Of a stretch of 64,000 nucleotides of DNA, positions 22,686 through 44,500 are shown piece after piece. Source of the stretch: the human T2T-CHM13v2.0 reference genome, Homo sapiens; assembly GCF_009914755.1 (NCBI RefSeq), contig NC_060931.1; one strand, 5' to 3'. Position numbers and translations under genes: made by a program. The notes beneath the pieces are model-generated. The model saw nothing but the letters and a program-made list of their open reading frames with translations, was not told where the DNA came from and ran no database searches. The stretch's first letter is position 1. Each line of letters starts with the position of its first letter.

Positions 22686-22788
22686 CATCATCTCTTCTAT
22701 CACCCAGTGTCTGGTGCTCACATGCTGCCATCCTATCCATGAAGATGAGGGCCACACCCTGGGCATTGCAGAGTTGGGGCTGGAATGA

Positions 22789-23037
<249 letters not shown>

Positions 23038-23224
23038 TAGCCAGGATGGTCTCGATCGCCTGACCTCGTGATCTGCCCTCCTCAGCCTCCCAAAGTGCTG
23101 GGATTACAGGCGTCAGCCACCACGCTTGGCCACTGACCTAGACTTTTATGTCAGAGAGAAAGAAAATTGTAACTATTGTTTTAGGTTTTCTGTCACTTGC
23201 ATCTGAACCTTGAATTACTGAAAA

Positions 23225-25325
<2,101 letters not shown>

Positions 25326-25574
25326 GTTTTTGTTTTTCTTTTTAAGACAGGCTCTTGCTCCTGGGCTGTGTGATCCTCCCACCTCAGCCTCCCAAGTAGC
25401 TGGTACTACAGGCATGTGCCACCACACTTGGCTAATTTTTTAATTTGTTAAAATTTTTGTAGAGATGGGGTCTCACTTGTTGTCGAGGCTCGTCTCAAAC
25501 TACTGGGATCAAGCAATCCTCCTGCCTCAGCCTCCAAAGCTGAGATTACAGGTGTGAGCCACCATGCCCCGTTC

Positions 25575-28400
<2,826 letters not shown>

Positions 28401-28430
28401 AGTCTAATGCCCTTTTTTTTTTTTTAATTT

Positions 28431-28728
28431 AGAGACGGGTCTCACTATGTTGCCCAGGCCGTAGTACAGTGACTATTCACAGGCGTGACTCCACTGCTGA
28501 TCAGCACAGGAGTTTTGACTTGCTCCATTTCCAACCTGGGCAGGTTCAACCCTCCTTAGGCAACCTGGTGGTCCCTCGCTTCTGGAAGGTCAGCACATTG
28601 TTGTTGAACTTAGGGCAGACACCCAATCAGCAGAGCACACTACAACCCAGGACTTCTGGACTCAAGCAATCCTTCTGCCTCAGCCTCCTGAATAGCTGTG
28701 ACTACAGGTGCACACCACCATATCTGGC
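28431..28728 (-). pseudogene. Full-length 7SL (SRP RNA) retropseudogene
   Basis: Contains the S domain absent from Alu (+ strand gatcagcacaggagttttgacttgctccatttccaacctgggcaggttcaaccctccttaggcaacctggtggtcc). Poly(A) tail at 28413-28430; TSD-like tctaatg(c/t)c at 28403 and 28729; CpG decay. Confidence 0.95.
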
Positions 28729-28874
28729 TCTAATGTCTTTTAAAACTGACATTTAGGCAGGGCACAGTGGCTCACGCCTGTAATCCCAGCACTTTGGGAG
28801 GCTGAGGCAGGTGGATCACGAGGTCAGGAGTTTGAGACCAGGCTGACCAACATGGCGAAACCTCGTCTCTACTA

Positions 28875-29033
<159 letters not shown>

Positions 29034-29049
29034 TCAAAAAAAATTTTTA

Positions 29050-29103
29050 AAAATAAAATAAAATAAAATAAAATAAAATAAAATAAAATAAAATAAAATA
29101 AAA
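29050..29103. repeat. (AAAAT)n Alu-tail repeat
   Basis: About ten pure units. Confidence 0.9.
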
Positions 29104-30109
29104 CTGATTTTCAGTCAATATACTTATTTTTAACCTCTACCTTTACCCCAGATGTATTATACCTGTTGCCACCAATTCCTGAGGGGGCCACCTGAAGTTG
29201 TCTCACAGCTCACTGGTGTTCTGTTCATCTGTGGGTTTTGGGTTTTTATCAGTCTTTTTTCATTTTTCCAATATTTTAAAAAATAAGAGACAGGGTCTCG
29301 CTATGTTGCCTAGGCTGGTCTCAAACTCCTGGGCTCAACTGATCTTCCAGCCTCAGCCTCCCAAGTAGCTGGGATTATAGGTGCACACCACTGTGCCTAG
29401 CTCTATAAATCATTTTTATACTTTCTACTGTTATGTCTTCAAGTTCATAATATTCTCTTCTGTAGTATCTAGTCTGCTGTTAGTCCCATTCACTGTACTT
29501 TTCATCTCAGACATTCCAGATTTCATTTCTGGAGGATAGACTTGGGCATTTTTACTTTTTATTTATTTATTTATTTATTTTTTGAGACAGAGTCTCTCTT
29601 TGTCACCCAGGCTGGAGTGTAGTGAAATGATCTTGGCTCACTGCAACCTCCACCTCACTGATTCAAGTGATTCTCGTGCCTCAGCCTCCTGAGTAGCTGG
29701 AATTACAGGTGTGTGCCACCACGCCTGGCTAATTTTTATATTTTTAGTAGAGACGGGGTTTCACCATGTTGGTTGGCCAGGCTGGTCTTGAACTCCTGAC
29801 CTCGTGATCCGCCCGCCTCGGCTTCCCAAAATGCTGGGATTACAGGCATGAGCCACCGCACCTGTGTGAAAGAGGAAGTTTCTAAATTAGTCCAGGTTAC
29901 AAAGCAAGATGCCCTTATGGCTTGGCTAATCCAGTGGTGCCAGAGGGGTCTAGCCCACTCAACCTTTGCCATGCCCAGTAGACAATCTCCCTGGAGGCCT
30001 CTGGGGTGTTGAAACAAGACCACATTTCAGCAGATAATTATTCTTCTTCCGGGGAACATCTCCTAACTTGTTCCTGAAATTTAGTGTAAATATCTGGGAT
30101 ACAAAGTTA

Positions 30110-31660
<1,551 letters not shown>

Positions 31661-31893
31661 AAAACCATCACTATCTACATGAACGTTCTAATTTTTTTCA
31701 CTCACTATTGGTGGTAGTTAAATTTACCAATTTGCTCAAAGTTGCAAGATGATAAGAAATAACCCTTGGCTCAGCTGGGCACGGTGGCTCACGCCTGTAA
31801 TTCCAGCACTTTGGGAGGCTGAGGCGGGTGGATCACCTGAGGCCAGGAGTTCGTGACCAGCCTGGCCAACATGGTGAAACCCCGTCTCTACTA

Positions 31894-32022
<129 letters not shown>

Positions 32023-32187
32023 TCAACCTAGGCAACAAGAGTGAAACTCTATCTCAAAAAAAAAAAAAATGCTGAGCACGGTGGCTCACGCCTGTATAGC
32101 AGAACTTTGGGAGGCCGAGGTGGGCTGATCATGAGATCAGCAGATCGAGACCATCCTAGCTAACATGGTGAAACCTTGTCTCAACTA

Positions 32188-33000
<813 letters not shown>

Positions 33001-33099
33001 TAGGGATGTTGAAATGCATGTGGCTGTGATAACTGGAGAAAAGGAACAAAGTACACATTGGGTGCCTAGGGTTTACTTCTGGGCCTGCTTCTAGTCTCT

Positions 33100-33296
33100 C
33101 TCTACATGCTGTACCTAAGCAACCAGTCCCATGGCTCTAAGCGATGACTCCTAAACCTACATTTCCAGCTCTGGCCTGGCCTGGAAATCCAGTCTATACA
33201 TATCCACCTGCCTGCTTATCAGCCCACTGGATGCCTCACAAGGATCTCAAATCAACATGTCCAAAACCAAGCTACTGATTTCTGCCTATCAGCACC
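33100..33296. mobile_element. L2 fragment
   Basis: gatgactcctaaacctacatttccagc...ctcaaatcaacatgtccaaaacc is an L2-typical segment. Confidence 0.7.
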
Positions 33297-33304
33297 CCCT
33301 AACC

Positions 33305-34126
<822 letters not shown>

Positions 34127-34215
34127 CCCTAACCTACTCCTCCTTTAGTCTCCCCTTTTCCTTTCCTTTTCTTTTTCTTTCCTTCTTCTTTCTTTCTTTC
34201 TTTTTTTTTTTTTGA

Positions 34216-34421
<206 letters not shown>

Positions 34422-35128
34422 TGACCTCGTGATCCGCCTGCCTCGGCCTCCCAAAATGCTGGGATTACAGGCATAAGCCACCACGCCCAGCCCATTTTAA
34501 TTTAATTTAAACTTAAATAGCCACATATGATTAGTGGCTGCCGTATTGAAGAGAGTAGCTCTAGATTTTTGCTTTGGGCAACTAGGTGGCTCATGGTGCC
34601 ATTAATTGAAAAATGGGGCCGGGTGCGGTGGCTCACACCTATAATCCCAGCACTTTGAGAGGCCAAAGCGGGCAGATGACCTGAACTCAGGTGTTCGAGA
34701 CCAGCCTGGCCAACATGCTAAAAATACAAAAAATTAGCTGGGCATGGTGGCATGCACCTGTAGTCCCAGCTACTCGGGAGGCTGAGGTGGGAGGAGCACT
34801 CAAGCCCCAGGAAGTGGAGGTTGCAGTGAGCCAAGATTGTGCCACTGCACTCCAGCCTGGGTGACAGAGTAAGACCCTGTCTCAAAAAGAAAAAAACAAG
34901 AGAGAGAGAGAGAAAGCAGGCTGCCAGCCACCAGCCTGGACAACATAGTGAGACCCCTTCTCTACAAAAAATCAAAAATTAGCCAGGCATGGTGGTGTGC
35001 GCCTGTAGTCTCAGCTACCCTGGAGACTGAGGTGGGAGGATCACTTGAACTGGGGAGGTTGAGGCTGCAGTGAGGTATGATTGTGCCACTGCCCTCCAAC
35101 CTGGGCAGCAGAGCAAGACCTTGTCTCA

Positions 35129-35404
<276 letters not shown>

Positions 35405-35885
35405 TCACTTGAGCCCAGGAGGTCCAGACCAGCCTGGGCAATATAGTGAGACCCAATCTCTACAAAAAATTTTTAAAAATTCGCCAGGCATGGTGGTGCA
35501 CAGCTGTACTCCCAGCTACTTGGAAGGCTGAGGTGGAAGGATCACTTGAGTCCAGAAGGTTGAGGCTGCAGTGAGCCATGATTGTGTCACTGCACTCCAG
35601 CCTGGGTGATAAAGCGAGACCCTGTCTCAAAAAAAAAGTAATTGTTTTAAAAATGGTGACCAACCCAATCTGAAGTACCCAACAGGTGGCCAGGCATTGT
35701 GGCTCATGCTTGTAATCCCAGCACTTTGGGACGCCAAGGCGGGAGGCTCACTTGAGGCCATGAGTTTGAGACCAGCCTGGCCAACATGGTGAAATCCTGT
35801 CTCTACTAAAAATACAAAAATTGGCCGGGCGCGGTGGCTCACGCCTGTAATCCCAGCACTTTGGGAGGCCAAGACCGGCGGATCA

Positions 35886-36294
<409 letters not shown>

Positions 36295-36404
36295 TTAAAA
36301 TTAAATTAAAAAATTAAAAAAGTACCCAAAAAGTCTTTTCCAAGATGTGATTTTAATTCTCTGCGTAGGATTTATTACTAACTGGTGATTCTTTAATTTG
36401 TGTA

Positions 36405-36720
36405 TTGTTTGCTTCCCCCTACTAGAAACTAAGCTCTATAAGAATATTTTGTTTGATTGCTTCGCTGCTGTATTCTATTCCCAGTGTCTAGAACGTGCCT
36501 GAAACCTAGCAGACACTCAGTGTTTGTTAAATGAATAATCGAATAATAGTCCACCTACTAGGAGGGTTAAAGGCAGGGTTTCTAAAGTTGGAAGACCCAG
36601 AGTGGAATCCTGGGCCACGCACTCGTGTGATCTGCCGCAAGTTGTTGAACCTAAGGGTGTAAAATGGGGATTCCACCTCTGGGATAGGCGGAGCGAATGA
36701 AATGACATTTATAAAGCACT
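36405..36720. mobile_element. L2 3' end followed by a MIR, just upstream of the promoter
   Basis: cccagtgtctagaacgtgcctg...tttgttaaatgaat (L2 tail); gtaaaatggggat MIR core at ~36660. Confidence 0.65.
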
Positions 36721-36899
36721 CCCTTCGCTCTGTGGCTCAGGAATTAGAGCACTGGTCTAGTAAAGCACTCTTGCTCCCTCTCCCTCTCTCCCTTAAGCGC
36801 TCTCTTCTTTCCCCCTCCTGCTCAGCCCCTCACATGGCCACTTCTCTTCGGCTTTGCATGACACTCTACACAGTCTAGAGTAAGCCTTTGAAATTTGCC

Positions 36900-37260
36900 G
36901 GGAATTAACGTCATCAGTCGGGAGGACGACAGCTACGCACGCGCGGGGCACCTCCTCTGTCTCGCGCGCTAACTTTGCAGCCCCGCCAGCCAATCAAAAT
37001 TAGCGTCGGAGCCCGAGTGCCGAGGACTCACCAATCGGAACTAGGAGGCGGGCCACGGTGGAGGCAGCGGCGAGAGGGGGCGGGGACAAGGAGAGGGCAC
37101 GCACGGTTCTCGCTGCTGGGGTCTCTGCCGGCCAATAGGAGAGGCCTGAGGCCTGAAGGCGGTGGGGCGGGGCATTGGCGGCTCCAGCAACCGGAGGCCG
37201 TCCCAGGGAGGGCCAATCGGAGTAAGGAGGTGGGAGAAACCTAGCCAATCAGTGTGCAGG
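36900..37260 (+). promoter_or_regulatory. TATA-less AGFG2 promoter: six CCAAT (NF-Y) boxes, GC boxes, CRE-like half site
   Basis: CCAAT at 36990, 37031, 37132, 37213 and 37245; ATTGG at 37174; GGGGCGGGG at 37077 and 37164; ACGTCA at 36908. Confidence 0.85.
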
Positions 37261-37299
37261 ACGGGCAAGGAGGGTGGTGGACGGCGAAGTCTCCTGCGG

Positions 37300-37380
37300 A
37301 TGCCGCCCGCTCCCGAGCTTCTGTCAGGGGAGCCGGGCGTGCGGAGGCGGCTGAGGAGGCGGGAAGGCGGCAGTGGTTGA
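37300..37380 (+). other. Upstream ORF of 26 codons (MPPAPELLSGEPGVRRRLRRREGGSG*)
   Basis: ATG 37300 in weak context, TGA 37378-37380, ending 39 nt before the main ATG. Lies downstream of the last CCAAT box; inclusion in the mRNA depends on the TSS. Confidence 0.55.
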
Positions 37381-37419
37381 AGGGGTGATTGCTGACTAGC
37401 GGGGAGGGAGTGGGCAGCG

Positions 37420-37640
37420 ATGGTGATGGCGGCGAAGAAGGGCCCGGGCCCGGGCGGCGGGGTCAGCGGGGGCAAGGCGGAGGCGGAGGCGGCCTCGGAG
37501 GTGTGGTGCCGTCGGGTGCGGGAGCTGGGTGGCTGCAGCCAGGCCGGGAACCGCCACTGCTTCGAGTGCGCCCAGCGCGGGGTCACCTACGTGGATATCA
37601 CCGTGGGCAGCTTCGTGTGCACCACCTGCTCCGGCCTCCT
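37420..37640 (+). CDS. AGFG2: AGFG2 exon 1 coding part; ArfGAP zinc finger CFEC-X16-CTTC
   Basis: gcgATGg strong Kozak context, with a second in-frame ATG at 37426. ORF track 37420..37644. Donor CT|gtgagt at 37641, phase 2. Confidence 0.97.
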
Positions 37641-38867
37641 GTGAGTGACCGGGAGGGAGTGGCCGAGGTCGGCGTGGGGGGACCCGGGGGCGGGGTGGGG
37701 AGGCCGGGGCTCCGGGGCGCGAGGGAAGGGGGCCGAGGTGAGGGGCGGAGGGGAGGTCAGGGAACGCGCCGGCTGTGGGGACGGGGTCGTCTGCTGCAGC
37801 GGTGTGGTGGGGAGGGGAAAGGGCAGGGGAGAGGAAGCAAGGCCGGAGTCGCTCTGCGGAGAGAAGGGTACGGGTGCAGAAAGACGCCCGGAGAGGGACC
37901 GAGAAACTCCCCGAGGGGGTCGAGGCAAACTGCAAGTGGGGAGGGAGAAAGTGCGGAGGATGGAAGGGAACTCGGAGTGGGATGGGGTGTCGGGACTTAA
38001 AGGGCCAGAAAATGACATGCACCTTTAGAGGGAACTTCATGCAGGTGGAAAGCAAAAAGGAAAAAGGTGGGGAAAGCCGGCCTGGAGATGGACGGGCACC
38101 TTTCTTCCTTCGGGCTTGTGTCCCTGCTGGAGTGTGAGATGCAGAAGCCAGCTGAAACTTGGTTGAAATTCCTATGATTAGAGTACAGGATTAAAAAAAA
38201 AAAAAAAAGCGAATTAACCCCGATTGACAGCCTAGAGATAGTGGCTGGAAGGGAGCCATGGTCCAGAGTTCAGGTGTAGATACTAATCTTAGCAGGGCTT
38301 TGAAATGTTACCCAGAAGGTAAAACTCTTACGAAATCTAAGAGATGAGAGCCAATGGGTTACCCTGGTAGAGAGCTTAGCTTTTTCAAACGTTTGCACGT
38401 CTAGGTGAGCCATCCTGAAGGTTAATCATTTACACCTTTAAGATCCCTGTTGCCATGACTGGATCCTGGTGGTAGCATCCAGGAAACTCTAGATTTTGGG
38501 GGGGCTTTGGTGCATCATCTGAGTGCTACTCTTGGCATTGGTACTGTTCGGTCATGCCAGAGTGAATTTACAGCCACAATTCTAGCCTAGATTTCTGGTT
38601 ATATAGTAAAGCCCCCTCCACTCCCCTCTGCACTCCTCCTACTCCCAAATTAAGATATTATTTGGTTAGATGCATGATTAACATCTGATATCAGGCCTGG
38701 ATCTCTGTTTTTTAATAAGTTTGTCAAGGGATTTATTTTGACAATTTTTTAGTCTTATTTTAAGACACTGTTGTTTTTGTTTTGTTTTTTAAAAAATGCT
38801 TTCCAGCCAGGCGCTGTGGCTCACGCCTGTAATCCTAGCACTTTGGGAGGCCGAGGCAGGCAGATCA

Positions 38868-39125
<258 letters not shown>

Positions 39126-39663
39126 TTAGGAGCCAGGGAGCGAGCACTATTGTTCTTGCAAGACAGATGGGAGAACAGAAGCAAAGAGAGGTTTCGTAAC
39201 TTATCCAGTGCCATATGGGCATTGCGGTTTCCAACATTTGTTGTTTGATATTAGTGATGATCATGGCAGACCAGCAATGAGGATTTAGTTTTCTCAAGAT
39301 ACCGTTTGGAATTATTTACTTCGTTTTAACCTCCTTTGCTAAACTTCTCTCTGGGTTCTGATCAACCTCACTTGTGGGTTGTAAGGATGAACTTGACTTT
39401 GGTCTAAGTAAAAGTCATCGTGGCTCTTGGGATAATGATTGAGAACCCAAACAGTAATGTGTCATAAACTGAGATGGACTGAAATGAAGCAAGAGGATAG
39501 AGACTCGAGAGTGGGTGAAGAACTCTGGGGAGAGATTGAGCAACGTTTAGGAGTATGTATAGGGGTCGGGCTCGGTGGCTCAGTATGTATAGGAGGCCAA
39601 GGTGAGCAGATCACTTGAGGTCAGGAGTTTCGAGACCAGCCTGGCCAACATGGCGAAATCTCA

Positions 39664-39834
<171 letters not shown>

Positions 39835-40894
39835 TCACAAAAAAAAAAAAAAAAGGAGTATGTATAGGGTAAAGTAGAAAGAGAAAGAGCTGATTCCTGA
39901 AGATCCTGCTATGAGAAGCAGAAGGATGAAACTGATGGATAAAATTGAGTAACTGGGAAGTGCTGACATTGTTATCATTATTTTGTAGATCTTTGTTAAA
40001 GTGTCCCACAGATAACATTTCCCTTATAATACCCCTCAATCAGGACACAAAGAAAGCTAAGGTATCTGGGACACGTTAAAAACCTGGTTTCTTTTTTCTT
40101 TTTTTGAGATGGAGTCTCACTCTGTTGCTTAGGCTGGAGTGCAATGGCGCGATCTCGGCTCATTGCAACCCCTGCCTCCTGGGTTTAAGCAATTCTCTTG
40201 CCTCAGCCTCCTGAGTAGCTGAGACTACAGGCACGCGCTACCACATCTGGCTAATGTTTGTATTTTTAGTAGAGACGGGGTTTTGCCATGTTGGTCAGGC
40301 TGGTCTCGAACTCCTGATCTCAAGTGATCCGCCCGCCTCGCCTCCCAAAGTGCTGGGATTACAGGCGTGAGCCACGGCACCCAGCCTGCTTAGCTTTTTG
40401 GTAAAGCATTATGAGACTAAACCAGGGAGTGATTCTCACAGAGGAGGATTTAGAGAGCATATTTTGGTGTTTGGGAAATGAGAAGCTAGACCAACCCTTT
40501 GTTAGTAGGAAATGAGAGTGAAATGAAAGATCAAGAGGTTAGGCCAGTAAATGAAGCTGAATTGAAGGTATGTTGAGAGTGAGAAATTTCAGGAGAAACT
40601 CTGCAAGAAAGCTGGAGTTTCCCTATAATTAGCATGACAAGGGCAAGGCATATAATCCTTGTAAAGGGGTCTTAACACAGTATTACCTGTGTCCCTTTGA
40701 TATGCTGTGGGAAGGAGTGGGAGCTGGCAGGTGGGCTGTAAGGCAGAATGTGAGGCAGGGGATGCTTATTTCTGGAGGCATGGCTCCATGGTGGCACGGA
40801 GACCAATTAGCATCTTAAATCCCCATGATTGATTACCTGTAGATTAGGGTTTGGTGTTGGTGGGAAGTGAAAATTGTGGTCGGCTGACAGCCTG

Positions 40895-41100
40895 CATGTT
40901 TATTCATTCGGTCAGTCAACACGAACTTATTCAGTGCCTATCAAGCGCCAGACACTGTTTTAGGTACTGGAGATACAGTAGTGATAAGTTCCCATTTTCA
41001 CGGAGCTGACATCCTAGTGGAAGCCATGGACTATAAAGAAATCGTTCTGTATTGCTAAAAGCTATGAAGTAAAATGAAGCTCTGTGGGTTAGAGTGATAC
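40895..41100. mobile_element. L2 3'-end fragment
   Basis: ttcattcggtcagtcaacacgaacttattcagtgcctatcaagcgccagacactgttttaggtactggagatacag. Confidence 0.7.
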
Positions 41101-41142
41101 CAAACTGAGGTATGATGCAAAGAGAAGAAATATTATTATTAA

Positions 41143-41500
<358 letters not shown>

Positions 41501-44500
41501 TAGCACCGTAGCCACAGAAAGGAGACAGCAGGATGACATTATTTTAAAGGCCAGTTTTCTGTTCAGTGGGTTACAAATATGTCTCCTTCATAAGGGGATA
41601 GAGTCGTCTGGGGGCAGTGAGCAAAATTACTAGAATTCCCAGCTGGTTGGATTGGCCGATGTAGCAAAGTTGATGGTTCCAGCCAAAGTTGAATTTCCTA
41701 AGATCTGAAGAAAAACACACATTTTAATATTGGTGGGTGGGTATGACTCTGCCTGCATCCCTGCATGTATGAACTCATTCTTGTTCTCTCTTTTTTAATG
41801 AGAAATATTTTCTCAGCTGTAGCAAAAACCTACAGCGTTGGTGTGAGGGGTTGAGAGAAAGGCTGCTAGTTTCTGCTGTTCCTAAATTTACATACATACT
41901 GCCACAATTGTAGGTCCCACACCTGACCTAGTTTTATTCATTTGGTTTTCTTCCAGTACCTAATTTCCTTAACCTAGATGTGGATCTGTTTAATTTCCCC
42001 AACATACACATATGCTTGTTTGTTTAGTTACATTTCTAATTCTTGGAGGATGAATCTGTCATTTGAATCTTAAGACGTGGTAAAAATTGCTGCTAAAAAG
42101 CATCTATTTGCAAAGCAGTGCTTTAAATGTTCTTTCTTGTTCTGGTTTGCCTGAATGCGTCTGTGAATGAACCACTGTTCCTCAGAAAGAAAATGGATGT
42201 TGAGGCCTGAGATCTCATTGACACAAGGATGGACGCTAACTTTGACACCCAGTTTTTTCAGCAAAGTATGACATATTTCCTTGATGTGGCTGTTTGGGTC
42301 CATCTTCAATCCATCGTTCTTCAGGTGTTTGTAATAGACACTTATCTCTTCTATTTCTGCCCAACTTTACTGTGATCACAGGAGTCAGAATTAAGGTGGG
42401 CAGAGCTCTGGGCTGGGTGTCAAGAATGCACTTGACAGCTCTTTATTTGTGACAAGTTCCTGCCCTCCTTGTGCCTTACTTTCCCTGTCGGGCTTGCTGG
42501 TGGTTCTTAGTTGAAGCATTTTAATCTCCATGGGAGGAAAGGTACAGTATGTTCTTCAATAATTCAGTACTTTTCCATCTGTCTGGGTTGGAGAGGTACA
42601 CATGTACCTTGCCCCTGTTTTAGTCCCATCCCTCCATCCCCTCCTCTGTCACCTTTCATGTTGACCTCTGCTGGGCAGAGGTGGACAGAGTCTCTCACTA
42701 AATTACAGATGTAGGTGCTGTTTCATAAGGGGTGCATGAACCACTTGAAAAGCCCCGAAGGAAGTGATAAATTACTAAAGGGATGAGAAAAAGCTCGACG
42801 TGGGGTGGTGGGCGGGGGGGTGGGGATGAGAGAGGTGAGGGCAGAGGGAGACATGTAAAAAAGATTGAGGTTGAGCCTAAAGGGAAGGGCGGCTGGATGC
42901 TATCAGGAGTCTACCTGGCTCTAATCAACAGGACAGCTGTTTATCATTGCTGCTGAGGAGGAACAAAGGAAATGGGTTGAAGCAGAATTTAGATCAGGAA
43001 GAGGGTTCCTAAAATTAGTGAAATTGACCCTGGAGCAGGGTAATAGGAGAGCCTTCCTCTTAGGGACTATTAAAAGTTCCTAACAGGGACTCTTCATGGT
43101 GATGTTTGCATCCAAGATAAGAGCTAAACTGGTTTAGTTGTATCCTGTTCAGAAGCAGAGGAGTGAAATCCCAGAGCAAAGAAACACGATCTGGGGTGTA
43201 TGAATCTGAACACAATTGTTCAAAGGCAAGGATTTCCCAAGTCCAAATTTGGCACAAATGAAAAAGAACTTGGGTGCTGGGTGGAACTGGTTTTTTTCCA
43301 TTGTTGACCTGGCAGAACTTTCTTATCTGAGCAGCTGAGCAGGTTTGATGCTTTTATGAAGCAAGATAGAAGCAAAAATATGGGCCAGCATGAGGGTGAT
43401 GATCACAGAAAAACAAAAGGTGTGGTATTTGTGGAAATAGTACTATGCCTAATGGAATCAGAGAGGAGACGGGAGGGAGGGAAAGAGAGAGGACTGGGCA
43501 GTTGTTAGCAGCTACACATACAAGTGGCTTCAGCTGCCAAATAATTCAGAATACTTCATATGCCCTTTAGGTGCCCTGTGAAAAAGAAACTGAAGTGGAT
43601 AAAGACAACCTGACTGGCTGGAGGCTTGAGTCCTAGTAATAATGTACTTTCCATTGGAAAAACTTACTCTATTCTGAGAAAATAAATTGATCTCTGTTCC
43701 TCCCCAGCACTTCCTGGTTAGAAATACCAGAATGAATTTGCTGTGATTACCTCTTTTGGGAGGAACCTGAGAGTTATGTTGGGGAGCTGGGTGCAAGTGG
43801 GAGAGCTGGGCCTGTTTAATTCCAGGCCAGTGACTCACATCTGGTCCGCTGCATGACCCTGGTGTGTACCCAGTGAAATGCAGCACACCTAGGCCACATG
43901 GTTTTAGCTACCAGGAGGAAGGGGGCTCTCGTTTCTAAATTGCTTCTTTTGGCCAGCAGTGGCCTCTCTGTGATTCAGAAAGAAAAACTCTGACTCATAG
44001 GCCATGTAACTAGGCCCCCTTCCTAGGCTGCAGTGTTGCCTTGTAGAGAATTCTCCCTGCCCCCAGACTGTGGCTCTGGTTGTACAAAATCCAGTCTACA
44101 GACATCAAGGTCAGAGCAATGCTTTTTGTACTGTGCTATGGAAACATCCTGTTCCATCAGATTCATTTGGCCCAAAGCACCTAAATCATTTCTTATTTTC
44201 TCTGCCTTCCCATCATCCTGTCACGTCTGCCGCCCCCCCCGCCCGCCACCCCCACCAAAAATAAACTCTTTTAGTCCAGGCTCAACCATAAGTTCTGTTC
44301 TAAGCATCCCATTTTGATTGATGCCTGGGTTGAGTCCTGCCTCCTCCCCCTAACAAGGAAGCATACCTCCCTGTTTACAGTTCGCTAACAGTTCCTGGTT
44401 ATCCATTCAGGAAATGTCAATGACCTTTTTGTGATAGGCTTAGAATCTGTTTTTCTAGTGTAAACATAATACATTTTACCTTCCCCATGACTGTTTCTCT

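Larger units (their letters stand above)
36880..37940. promoter_or_regulatory. CpG island spanning the AGFG2 promoter, exon 1 and start of intron 1
   Basis: Visibly GC- and CpG-rich unique sequence against a CpG-depleted background; boundaries approximate. Confidence 0.9.

Noticed and set aside
36958-36970. TCTCGCGCG resembling the BANP motif TCTCGCGAGA
   Set aside because: Two mismatches in the 3' half; not supportable.
36793-38137. Overlapping sense and antisense ORFs of 100-220 aa at the promoter
   Set aside because: Stop-codon scarcity in a CpG island; only 37420-37640 matches a known domain.
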